Origin: an uncultured Pseudomonadales bacterium
GTDB lineage: Bacteria > Pseudomonadota > Gammaproteobacteria > Pseudomonadales > Azotimanducaceae
Direction: 5' to 3'
Assembly: GCA_964511425.1 (NCBI GenBank)
Contig: CAZEFI010000007.1
Span: 14,832 to 78,831, forward strand
Length of the DNA stretch: 64,000 nucleotides
Part shown: positions 20,460-28,885 of the stretch, piece by piece
Layout: each line of letters starts with the position of its first letter
Position numbering within the stretch: position 1 is the stretch's first letter
The notes under the pieces: model-generated
The model's input: only the letters and a program-made list of their open reading frames with translations
What the model was told of the DNA's origin: nothing
The model's database searches: none
Made by a program: the position numbers and the translations under genes

Positions 20460-22388
20460 ATGGTTGATTTTGATTACCGAAGTATCGGATTCGTCCGCGT
20501 GGGCGCAGTTGCTCCTGGAACGCAACTAGCCGATCCTCAGGCGAACGCAGAGATCATGTTCGGGCACTACCAAGAAATGACTGATGCTGGATGCGCGATC
20601 GTGTTATTTCCAGAACTGTCCCTAACGGGATATAGCTGCGAGGACCTGTTCTACACTCATGAATTACGAGCACAGACCATAAACGCTATTTGCTTCTTAG
20701 CTGCTCAGTCGAAAGAAGAGGTGCTAGTGTTCGGTGCTCCCTTGACGTTCGGCTCCACGAAACAAATACTGAACTGTGCTCTTGTCTGCGCCCAAGGCGA
20801 AGTCGTAGGTGCTGTACCGAAAATCGCAATACCGAACCACGGCGAATTTTATGAACAACGATGGTTTACTTCGGGCGAGGATGTCGAATGGCTCTGCCGG
20901 CTTGAAGGAGAGGAATTTATCGTTAGTGCTAACCAAACATTTTCGGTTGGGATGGACGTGAAGTTTGGTATCGAAATCTGTGAGGATCTTTGGGTACCGA
21001 ATTCACCATCTCATAAGTTGGTTGCTAACGGTGCTGAATTAATCCTTAATCTTTCTGCGAGCAATAATCTCGTCACGAAAACAGCCTATCGACGTGATTT
21101 AGTTCGGGTACAGAGTGCTAAATGTGCTTGTGCATACATGATGGCTAGTGCCGGACCATCGGAATCCTCAAAAGATACCGTGTATGGTGGACATCTACTC
21201 GCTTATGAAAACGGAGACTTGTTAGGTGAGTCAGCGCGCCATTTGGACTTGCACAAACAGTTGATCGTCGACTTTGACATTCACCGTATTGCGTTTGAAC
21301 GCGCTCGATCATCTACGTTTCCACCTCCAGATATGGACGACGAAATATTGGATATTCCTTTACCTCCGACACCGCCATTGACGGAGACTGTGCGCAAGGT
21401 CAACCCGACCCCATTTGTACCGAACGACGATGACCAACTAAATACACGATTAAGTGAAATTTTTGATATTCAAGTTCTTGGACTGACACGCCGCATGCAA
21501 GCTGCCAGGAAATCAAACCTCGTGCTCGGACTGTCCGGTGGAGTTGACTCTACACTTGCGCTCTTAGTGAGTATTGAAGCACTTCGTGCGTTTACTGAAT
21601 GGAACGGACAACTAATCGCTGTTACGATGCCTGGATTTGGCACCTCGAAACACACTTTAACGTCCGTTCGCGAACTTGCCTCGGCAACGAAAATTCAACT
21701 CAAGGAACTGGACATTAAAGATGCGGTCCAGACACACCTCGAACTAATCGAACATGATGGTTCTCGCGATGTTACTTTCGAAAACGCTCAAGCTCGAGAA
21801 CGCACCAAAATTCTCTTCAATCTGGCTAATTTACACGACGGAATCGTCGTGGGATCTGGGAACATGTCCGAACTTGCGCTCGGTTGGTGCACGTATAGTG
21901 GTGACCACATGAGTTCCTACAACGTGAACGTGGGCGTACCAAAGACCCTCGTTCGATGTCTCGTGCGTTGGTACTCGCAAACATTCGCCAAGTCCGACTT
22001 TCGATCGGTCTTAGATCGCATTCTGAAAACTCCTTCATCACCCGAGTTGTTGGAACCGAAAGGGGAGAAAATCTCCCAAGAAACTGAGAAAATCATCGGT
22101 CCCTATGAAGTCCACGACTTCTTTCTTTATTACTTTATGCGTACTGGTGCAACCGTTCGCAAACTCTACGAGCTCGCTAAACTTGCGTTCGCCGATAGTT
22201 ACACACCGCAAGATTTGAAGTTGTACTTGACTATCTTTGTCGATCGCTTTTACCGCTCCCAATTTAAACGCACGACTTTACCACCGGGACCCAAAGTAGG
22301 AACGATCGGCCTGTCTCCACGATCCGATTGGCGCATGCCGGACGAAGTTGACCCTAGTCACATCATGGAGGAGGTACGCCATCTTTAA
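20460..22388 (+). CDS. nadE: Glutamine-dependent NAD+ synthetase (nitrilase-like domain plus synthetase domain)
   Basis: 642 aa. The N-terminal CN-hydrolase part contains FPELSLTGY and EICEDLW. The C-terminal part carries the PP-loop LGLSGGVDS. Confidence 0.9.
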   Translation: MVDFDYRSIGFVRVGAVAPGTQLADPQANAEIMFGHYQEMTDAGCAIVLFPELSLTGYSCEDLFYTHELRAQTINAICFLAAQSKEEVLVFGAPLTFGSTKQILNCALVCAQGEVVGAVPKIAIPNHGEFYEQRWFTSGEDVEWLCRLEGEEFIVSANQTFSVGMDVKFGIEICEDLWVPNSPSHKLVANGAELILNLSASNNLVTKTAYRRDLVRVQSAKCACAYMMASAGPSESSKDTVYGGHLLAYENGDLLGESARHLDLHKQLIVDFDIHRIAFERARSSTFPPPDMDDEILDIPLPPTPPLTETVRKVNPTPFVPNDDDQLNTRLSEIFDIQVLGLTRRMQAARKSNLVLGLSGGVDSTLALLVSIEALRAFTEWNGQLIAVTMPGFGTSKHTLTSVRELASATKIQLKELDIKDAVQTHLELIEHDGSRDVTFENAQARERTKILFNLANLHDGIVVGSGNMSELALGWCTYSGDHMSSYNVNVGVPKTLVRCLVRWYSQTFAKSDFRSVLDRILKTPSSPELLEPKGEKISQETEKIIGPYEVHDFFLYYFMRTGATVRKLYELAKLAFADSYTPQDLKLYLTIFVDRFYRSQFKRTTLPPGPKVGTIGLSPRSDWRMPDEVDPSHIMEEVRHL

Positions 22389-22392
22389 TACG

Positions 22393-23319
22393 ATGACCCG
22401 AATACTAACACTGCTCGCAAGTATCCTAATTCTGGGGATCGACACGCAAGGTCAAAGCTCGTCACGACAGTATTGCGGCGAGGAAGGAGTTTGGCTCCAA
22501 GTTCTAGGATCCGGTGATTTTGATCTAGACAATCGCCGCGCTACGGAGAGTTATCTGATCTGGGTTGACAACACCGCAACATTGTTGATCAACGTCGGGG
22601 AGGGAACCGCGACACGCTTCGACGAAAGTGGAGCTAAATTTAGCGATATCGACGCGATCTTGCTCACTCAGAACACGATAAACCAGACTGCGGATATCCC
22701 TGCGATGATCGCGAGTTCCGCTCGGGCGTATCGAGACAAACCTTTGTGGGTGTTTGGACCGAAGGGCAACGACGAACACTTCTCAACTACTGATACATTA
22801 CAAAAGTTACTAGGTGAAGACAGTGCCTATCCACAACTTGCGCCTGTACTAAAACCTGTTAATACGTTAGGTTACTCCATCCGAAGTAAAGACATCCTAG
22901 CCATAGGTCGTCAACGTTGGTCCGATTACGGTACTGAAACCTATCAGTTGTCCGCTATTCCAGTCCACCACGCAAATGTACCAACTCTCGCTTGGCGGGT
23001 AGATATTGGAGACCATGCATTAGTGTTTGCGTTGGCATTCAGTAATCGCAAAGACCTTGTAACAACTTTTGCGAAAGATGTCGACATCATCGTGTTTACA
23101 CATGCTCTGCCCGTTGGTAGTGTAGGACCCAATACCGAAAAGTATTTGTTACCGAAAGAAATTGCGAAAATTGCAAAGAACGCGCAACCACGTTTTATCG
23201 CCTTGGGAGGTCGCGGCTGGCGTACAAAGGGTCGGGAAGCACACTCCGTTGAACAAATCCAAAAAGAGTTTGAAGGTAAAATACTTCTCCCCGACGACCT
23301 TGAGTGTTGGGGGTTGTAA
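22393..23319 (+). CDS. Secreted MBL-fold protein lacking the HxHxDH metal motif
   Basis: I place the start at ATG 22393 (MTRILTLLASILILG, signal-like), 5 nt after the nadE stop. It has a beta-lactamase-fold pattern (LQVLGSG...LLINVGEG...DAILLT), but TQNTINQ stands where THxHxDH is expected. Confidence 0.6.
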   Translation: MTRILTLLASILILGIDTQGQSSSRQYCGEEGVWLQVLGSGDFDLDNRRATESYLIWVDNTATLLINVGEGTATRFDESGAKFSDIDAILLTQNTINQTADIPAMIASSARAYRDKPLWVFGPKGNDEHFSTTDTLQKLLGEDSAYPQLAPVLKPVNTLGYSIRSKDILAIGRQRWSDYGTETYQLSAIPVHHANVPTLAWRVDIGDHALVFALAFSNRKDLVTTFAKDVDIIVFTHALPVGSVGPNTEKYLLPKEIAKIAKNAQPRFIALGGRGWRTKGREAHSVEQIQKEFEGKILLPDDLECWGL

Positions 23320-23342
23320 GGTTAATCGATAGGAGTTAAACT

Positions 23343-23459
23343 TTGGGAAAAGGCGATTTACGTACCCGACGCGGTAAGATTATTCGAGGTACAAACGGCA
23401 ATTCGCGACCTAAGAAGAAAAAAATAGTACCACCGAAAAAGAACACCGACGAGAGTTAG
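23343..23459 (+). CDS. 30S ribosomal protein bTHX (38 aa, TTG start); not in the ORF track
   Basis: My translation is (M)GKGDLRTRRGKIIRGTNGNSRPKKKKIVPPKKNTDES. It closely matches the Thermus Thx peptide as I recall it, [25 protein letters not shown]. An AGGAG lies 6 nt upstream of the TTG. Confidence 0.75.
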   Translation: MGKGDLRTRRGKIIRGTNGNSRPKKKKIVPPKKNTDES

Positions 23460-23498
23460 CGTACTCTTGCGTCGCCGAGTTCGACACATTAATCGGTG

Positions 23499-23867
23499 CT
23501 ATCTGATGGGGTAATAGGCGCGCGACTCATCGCGACGAATTTCACCGTCCTGGACGAGTTTCGACAATGCAACACTAACATTTTGTGCCTTGTTGCTCCT
23601 TACATCGATTCCCAACCCCTCGCAAATGGCTTTTCGCCGAATACCAGGTTCTGACCGAATTAATTTTAGGATCTGAGTACGTCGATTTCCTGAAACGCTT
23701 CGACTACCAGCAACGGTACGTTCATATTGCAGGATAGCTACCATTTCCCGATCAAGAGCGGCTATTTGTTCCTCAATATCTTTAATTTGTTGTTCGTATT
23801 CTCGTTTCAGTCCTAAGATACGACTACGCTCGTTTGCAATAAACTCCGCAAAAGACTTTGCTTCCAT
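23499..23867 (-). CDS. Hypothetical coiled-coil plus winged-helix DNA-binding-like protein
   Basis: 122 aa with an N-terminal heptad-like segment (EYEQQIKDIEEQIAALDREM). The C-terminal RRTQILKLIRSEPGIRRKAICEGLGI...ALSKLVQDGEI resembles a wHTH. Confidence 0.45.
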   Translation of the reverse strand: MEAKSFAEFIANERSRILGLKREYEQQIKDIEEQIAALDREMVAILQYERTVAGSRSVSGNRRTQILKLIRSEPGIRRKAICEGLGIDVRSNKAQNVSVALSKLVQDGEIRRDESRAYYPIR

Positions 23868-24060
23868 CGGTTCAATATCTCTCCGTCCAAATGTTCAAAT
23901 AATGTTGACCTATCAAAACACTCTTTCCAACCGTTTAATAGGTTTATTTTTACTTAGTACTATTGTATTTTAGTGGAACACAATTAAAACGATAGAAACT
24001 TCCTGAAATAATATCAAGCCTGTCGGTTTACCGCATTTTTTCTAACTACCCGCATTCGAA

Positions 24061-24630
24061 TTGCCATTATCGAACATGTTTATAAGAACTATTAAATTCG
24101 CAATAAAAGGAGTCGAATTAAATGCTCAAACGACCGTGCCAATGGGGGAAATAACCAAAAGGTTAAAGAAATATTCATTGATTAAAGCAATTTTTGGAAA
24201 AAACCAGAGATTAGTCGCGCGTACGCGTAAAGAAAATGTCAAGTTATACCGTTTGGGAGTACCATTGTTAATACTTGGTAAACCAGTGTTATATGCGCGA
24301 ATAACAGAGGCTGGATTAGGTGCTCATGTTATTGGTCGTTTTACTTTTCCGATTTATAGTCGAGTGTTCTTTTGGTTAGTACATATAGCAGTTCTTACAC
24401 TTTTTGGTCTGGGAATATTTCGCATAGTTATTGCACATACTTATGACGAACCCATACTGTGGTTCCTATACGGAACACTCGCTATATTGACAGGCGGGAT
24501 GCTCGCTTTCATGCTGTACTCTTGGTATAGTTGGACCTGGTACAATCGCAGAAACGATATGGAAACACTTGCCGAAACTCTTAAGCTGGTTTTACTTGAT
24601 AGTTTACCGGATTCCAATGACCACACCTAA
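24061..24630 (+). CDS. Hypothetical membrane protein
   Basis: 189 aa with a TTG start (alternative ATG at 24076) and C-terminal hydrophobic helices. I recognise no family. Confidence 0.4.
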   Translation: MPLSNMFIRTIKFAIKGVELNAQTTVPMGEITKRLKKYSLIKAIFGKNQRLVARTRKENVKLYRLGVPLLILGKPVLYARITEAGLGAHVIGRFTFPIYSRVFFWLVHIAVLTLFGLGIFRIVIAHTYDEPILWFLYGTLAILTGGMLAFMLYSWYSWTWYNRRNDMETLAETLKLVLLDSLPDSNDHT

Positions 24631-25025
24631 TAGTTAGGCGGATCGTCCATCAACTCTGCGAGCTTGAATGTAATATCGCTTTCGACATTCTCAGTTACCT
24701 GCGGAGTCCCGTCCTTCCTCGCAGGAAGGTAAACCCACGTACGTACGTATCGAACGGCTTCGGAGTCGAAAACCCCTGGAGGTTCTGCGCTCACGACTGA
24801 CACATTGGTGACCGTTCCGTCAACTTGGATATCATAGCGCACCGTAACCGTCCCGGTAATTCGTGCTTTTTTCGCTTCCTCAGGATAAACGAGATCGCCA
24901 GTCGACAATATCTGAAACGGCCGGTACGACGAAGATACACACCCTCCTAGAACGACTACACAAGACATGCACAGCAGCCAATATAGCTTGTGCCTGTACA
25001 TTACATTCACATGTTCTGTTTTCAT
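24627..25025 (-). CDS. TonB C-terminal-domain lipoprotein
   Basis: 132 aa with a lipobox-like VLGGC. YPEEAKKARITGTVTVRYDIQVDGTVTNVSVV...FDSEAVRYVRTW matches the TonB-C fold signature. Confidence 0.65.
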   Translation of the reverse strand: MKTEHVNVMYRHKLYWLLCMSCVVVLGGCVSSSYRPFQILSTGDLVYPEEAKKARITGTVTVRYDIQVDGTVTNVSVVSAEPPGVFDSEAVRYVRTWVYLPARKDGTPQVTENVESDITFKLAELMDDPPNY

Positions 25026-25072
25026 AAACGTTGATTCGCAAACGCTGCTAATTATCCAATGGTCGAGGACCG

Positions 25073-26050
25073 TTACTCCGAGCTATCAATACAGGCACAT
25101 ATGGAGCCATATAGTTCTTTATACATCGAATTGAAACACTCTGCATTTTCGAACTGTTCCAATGCTCGATTTCTATTTTCACCGATTCGTTCTACTTTGA
25201 AGTAACGATCACCAAGAATATGGTCAGTTAAAAACCGTACACCCAACATCATGCTCATGTATATCGGTGCGTAGGCGTATTGTTCTGCGTCTTCTTTTGA
25301 GACTGGAAACTGCTCAAAAAATCCCTGACATACGGACAGTAATCTTTGCTTGAGTCGCATGCTGCGCTCTCTTCCTGTTGCGATCGAACGTACTAGATCG
25401 CCAAAATCCCAAGCAGGATATCCCCACATCAACGTATCTGCATCAACGATACGAACAACTTCATCACTGTGAAGATCAAACAAAAGATTGTTGATTTTGC
25501 AATCGCCGTGAATAATTTGCAGTTCCCCAGTTTGTGTTTTCGTATTTACTATCTCTCGACATTTGTCGACTAGTTTTCGATCAACGTGCTCTTCCGATCC
25601 GTCCCCAGCAATTTCAAGAACATCTAGATAATGATCGAATCGATGAAAATTTGGGATCACCGGCTGCAATCGAGCGTTGCAGTTGCTTAATCGGCGCAAA
25701 AATAGCCCAAAAGCTCTTCCAGCAGCATAAACCATCTCGTCCGGTAAAGTTTGAAAGTTTCTCGATGGATAGTAGACCATACACTTCCAAAAATATCCGC
25801 TGTTGTCCTCATAACAAAATTCACCCGTAACGGTCGGTACGAGCTTAGGCACCAAATCGCGAACGTGTTCATAGACTTTTAGAAAATTTGTGACCAAGCT
25901 CTCTGGATTAGTAAAAACCTGACTATTGATACGTTGTAGTACCAAACGTTCGTCAACACAGTAGGTGTCATTGATTAGTCCCGAGCCAAGGTTGACCGCT
26001 GAACCAGACAGTTCCCATTGAGTAGCGACGTCGCTAGGAATCATCAGCAA
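25073..26050 (-). CDS. Aminoglycoside-phosphotransferase-fold sugar kinase (N-acetylhexosamine kinase-like)
   Basis: 325 aa. The catalytic loop is IIHGDCKINNLLF and the metal-binding segment is IVDADTL. It overlaps the upstream GH20 gene by 17 nt. Confidence 0.65.
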   Translation of the reverse strand: MLMIPSDVATQWELSGSAVNLGSGLINDTYCVDERLVLQRINSQVFTNPESLVTNFLKVYEHVRDLVPKLVPTVTGEFCYEDNSGYFWKCMVYYPSRNFQTLPDEMVYAAGRAFGLFLRRLSNCNARLQPVIPNFHRFDHYLDVLEIAGDGSEEHVDRKLVDKCREIVNTKTQTGELQIIHGDCKINNLLFDLHSDEVVRIVDADTLMWGYPAWDFGDLVRSIATGRERSMRLKQRLLSVCQGFFEQFPVSKEDAEQYAYAPIYMSMMLGVRFLTDHILGDRYFKVERIGENRNRALEQFENAECFNSMYKELYGSICACIDSSE

Positions 26051-27944
26051 ATGCTATTGCGATAGGTAAGAGATATTCGCCAAATGGTCCGAGCAGTGTT
26101 GGATCATATGGTGTCAATCCTAACGCCACGTCTGCAATTTTTGCAAGTGCTTCGGAAGCTGGGCGGAGTTCAGACAACTCTGGGTATTTCGTAACACAAT
26201 CGTCAAAAGCAATAAATTGACTTTGCCATCCGACAATCCACGGTGAAATATCCTCTCCGCGCTTGACACGTTGTGTCAAATGAAAAGTGGCGAGACTTTC
26301 TGGAGGAATCCTGTCTATGACTCGATCAAGAGGAGTTTGTTGATTGTACGGGCGTTCGTATATGCTTTCGTCGTGCCCCGCAGCACGTGCAAGGACACGG
26401 TCCATCGTGAGTGTACGACCGTACCATTTGACCGGTTCCAGCATTTCAAAGAGAGGGTTCAATACCGTGCATGGATGAATAGTTTGAATGTTCTTCAGAT
26501 CTGGAAAATTTAATTTTCGTAGTCCTTCCAAGTTTGAGCTGAGTCGTTGGTACATGTCTTCGACGTCTATACCGTCATGATCGCTCCAAAAGCGTTCGGC
26601 GATGACTGGAGCACGTGTCCAAATTCGCGAATGTAGGAGTTCGTCAGTAACCAATTCCGACCACATGCATGCTTCACCACCTAGTATCGGACCGGATTCA
26701 CCTTGAGGTAGCTTCGGAAAATCTCCAAAATCTTGATGCCAGCGCACACCTTCTTCAACGTGAGCCAGTACAGCATTAACTCTGACTTTTGCGTCCGCTT
26801 CATGCCACTCTCGCGGCGACATATCGGGTGAATAGACATAGTGCAAAGACGCTGGGTAGTGCAGATCCAAATAGTACGGCGCGGAGACTATCGTAGGATA
26901 GCCTGCTGCTACCGACGTCTCGCGGGCACGCAAGCCGCGCCACGCTTGAACCGTAACAGTTCGAGGTAGAGTCTCATGCAAGGCTTCATCCCAAACTATA
27001 GTTTTTTTATTCAACTGAGCTAAGCGATTACACACTTCGAGAGTGAAATGGGCTTGAATGTCTTTTACACTCTCAAGCTGCAAATTGGTAGCCCACGCTT
27101 GGACCTTTGGCGAATTTTCCCAAAAATGAGGGTCGACTTCGTCTCCACCAATATGGACGTATTCGTCAGGAAAAGTGTTAGCTACCTCCTCGAACAACGT
27201 GAGAACCGCGTCCATCGTTTTCGGGTTGGATGGATCAAGGCAATCTCGATGAGCACCAAATTCTTTCTGTTTATGTTCATTTACGTCACCGAAACCCCAT
27301 TCAGGATGATGAACCAACCAGGAAGTTGTATGACCGGGTACGTCGAGTTCCGGTACAACTCTAATTCCGATGTCCGCCGCGTAGGCAATGAGTAATCTCA
27401 ATTCGTCCAGCGAGTAGTGGTCTGAGGAAACGAGTTCGGGAAACCGTTCACTACCAAAACGAAATCCTTGATCGTCTGTCAGATGCAAGTGAAGGACATT
27501 CATCTTGTAGTGATGCATAAGATCGCAACAACGATATAGTGTTGGTAAGGAGATAAAGTGTCTAGCTACGTCTACAAGCAGACCACGCCATGGATGCTTT
27601 GGTCTATCGGAGATTTCGCAGTCGGGTATTCGTCCGTTAAATCCAACCCACAATTGAGCTATCGTGCTCAGAGCCGCGATCGCACCCCATTCTTCTACCG
27701 CGTGAACGTGGATCTTGTTTTTATTTACTTTTAGGACGTATTGGTAGTTGCTGTTTACTTGCGGTACCGAATTGACGGGGTTATCGTATTCACATGAAAA
27801 CGAGTACTGTTCAAGATCTAAACGGGACAACAAACGGTGAATTCTTGGCGAACTACAAGGTTGCTGAGAAGCAATCGAGTCGCACTTTCCGTACTGTTGA
27901 CCAAACAGAACTTTTTGGGGAAATGGTAGTAAGGGTGGTTTCAA
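26034..27944 (-). CDS. Beta-N-acetylhexosaminidase (glycoside hydrolase family 20), cytoplasmic
   Basis: 636 aa with RGLLVDVARHF, LHLHLTDDQGFR and the catalytic HIGGDEV. There is no signal peptide. Confidence 0.85.
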   Translation of the reverse strand: MKPPLLPFPQKVLFGQQYGKCDSIASQQPCSSPRIHRLLSRLDLEQYSFSCEYDNPVNSVPQVNSNYQYVLKVNKNKIHVHAVEEWGAIAALSTIAQLWVGFNGRIPDCEISDRPKHPWRGLLVDVARHFISLPTLYRCCDLMHHYKMNVLHLHLTDDQGFRFGSERFPELVSSDHYSLDELRLLIAYAADIGIRVVPELDVPGHTTSWLVHHPEWGFGDVNEHKQKEFGAHRDCLDPSNPKTMDAVLTLFEEVANTFPDEYVHIGGDEVDPHFWENSPKVQAWATNLQLESVKDIQAHFTLEVCNRLAQLNKKTIVWDEALHETLPRTVTVQAWRGLRARETSVAAGYPTIVSAPYYLDLHYPASLHYVYSPDMSPREWHEADAKVRVNAVLAHVEEGVRWHQDFGDFPKLPQGESGPILGGEACMWSELVTDELLHSRIWTRAPVIAERFWSDHDGIDVEDMYQRLSSNLEGLRKLNFPDLKNIQTIHPCTVLNPLFEMLEPVKWYGRTLTMDRVLARAAGHDESIYERPYNQQTPLDRVIDRIPPESLATFHLTQRVKRGEDISPWIVGWQSQFIAFDDCVTKYPELSELRPASEALAKIADVALGLTPYDPTLLGPFGEYLLPIAIAFADDS

Positions 27945-27984
27945 ATAGGAATAGCTACAGATTCGTGTATAGCTAGAGATTCAG

Positions 27985-28461
27985 TTATTGCTTGCGGATA
28001 TTTCTGGTCCAGGCAACAGTTTCCACTACGGCGCAAGCAAGTTCAACTCCTTTGTTAACTTGGTCGGTGGTTGCACGAACCAGAATCTGATTCATATCGG
28101 TAGCAGGAATGATCCCGTTAATCACGATGATGTCGTGTTCTAAGGATACTTTCGTTAAGCCATACGCACAAGAATTGAGAATCATCTCAAAGTGTTGTGT
28201 TTCTCCTTTTAAGATGATTCCTATGCAGACGATTGCCGACAACATTGGATCGCTCTCTTTGAGTACGCGCACTGCATGTGGGAATTCGTAAGTTCCCGGT
28301 AATTGGTGGCGTTCAACTTCTGCCTCGTGTCGAACTAGTAGATGTTCACACTGATCAGCAATGTTGGTGACATGCTCTGTATGCCACTTCGAGGTGACTA
28401 TTGCGACTTTGGTACCAGAAATGTGAGGTAAGTCTTCTGTATTTACATGCTGTAACGGCAT
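27985..28461 (-). CDS. ribH: 6,7-dimethyl-8-ribityllumazine synthase family protein
   Basis: 158 aa. VAIVTSKWHTEHV, LPGTYEFP and ILKGETQHFE align with the RibH motifs ARFN, VPGAFELP and IRGATPHFD. Confidence 0.75.
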   Translation of the reverse strand: MPLQHVNTEDLPHISGTKVAIVTSKWHTEHVTNIADQCEHLLVRHEAEVERHQLPGTYEFPHAVRVLKESDPMLSAIVCIGIILKGETQHFEMILNSCAYGLTKVSLEHDIIVINGIIPATDMNQILVRATTDQVNKGVELACAVVETVAWTRNIRKQ

Positions 28462-28471
28462 GAGCTTGTGG

Positions 28472-28885
28472 TTATTCCGGCGGTAACTCTAGGACGTAGT
28501 GGTCAGATGATACCCTGGAGAAGCCGGCTTTTTTAACGAAACAGAGCAATTCAGCACAACGTACGTGTACTACGCGCCCACCTTTCGACTCAATTAGCCC
28601 AACTGCATGAAATAGCATCCAACGACCTAAACCTTGGTCTTGGTATGGCCCTGCCACAGAGAGCGATACCACAGAGAAGTTCCACGTATCCAACTGTTCG
28701 ATTGCGTACGCGGCGATCACCATATTATTGTCCTTTGCAATACGAATCCAATCTAATTCGGCCTCAGAGAAAATTTCGCGCTCCAGCAACTTCTCAGGCC
28801 GTTCGTGCCAGTGTGGTCTATATATTGGGAATCGTCTGGGAGCCGATCGTTTTTGGACTCGAATTTTCGATACAGAATCTAGCAT
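28472..28885 (-). CDS. GNAT-family N-acetyltransferase
   Basis: 137 aa with the acetyl-CoA motif A-like QDQGLGRWML. Its start abuts the stop of the upstream gene. Confidence 0.55.
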   Translation of the reverse strand: MLDSVSKIRVQKRSAPRRFPIYRPHWHERPEKLLEREIFSEAELDWIRIAKDNNMVIAAYAIEQLDTWNFSVVSLSVAGPYQDQGLGRWMLFHAVGLIESKGGRVVHVRCAELLCFVKKAGFSRVSSDHYVLELPPE

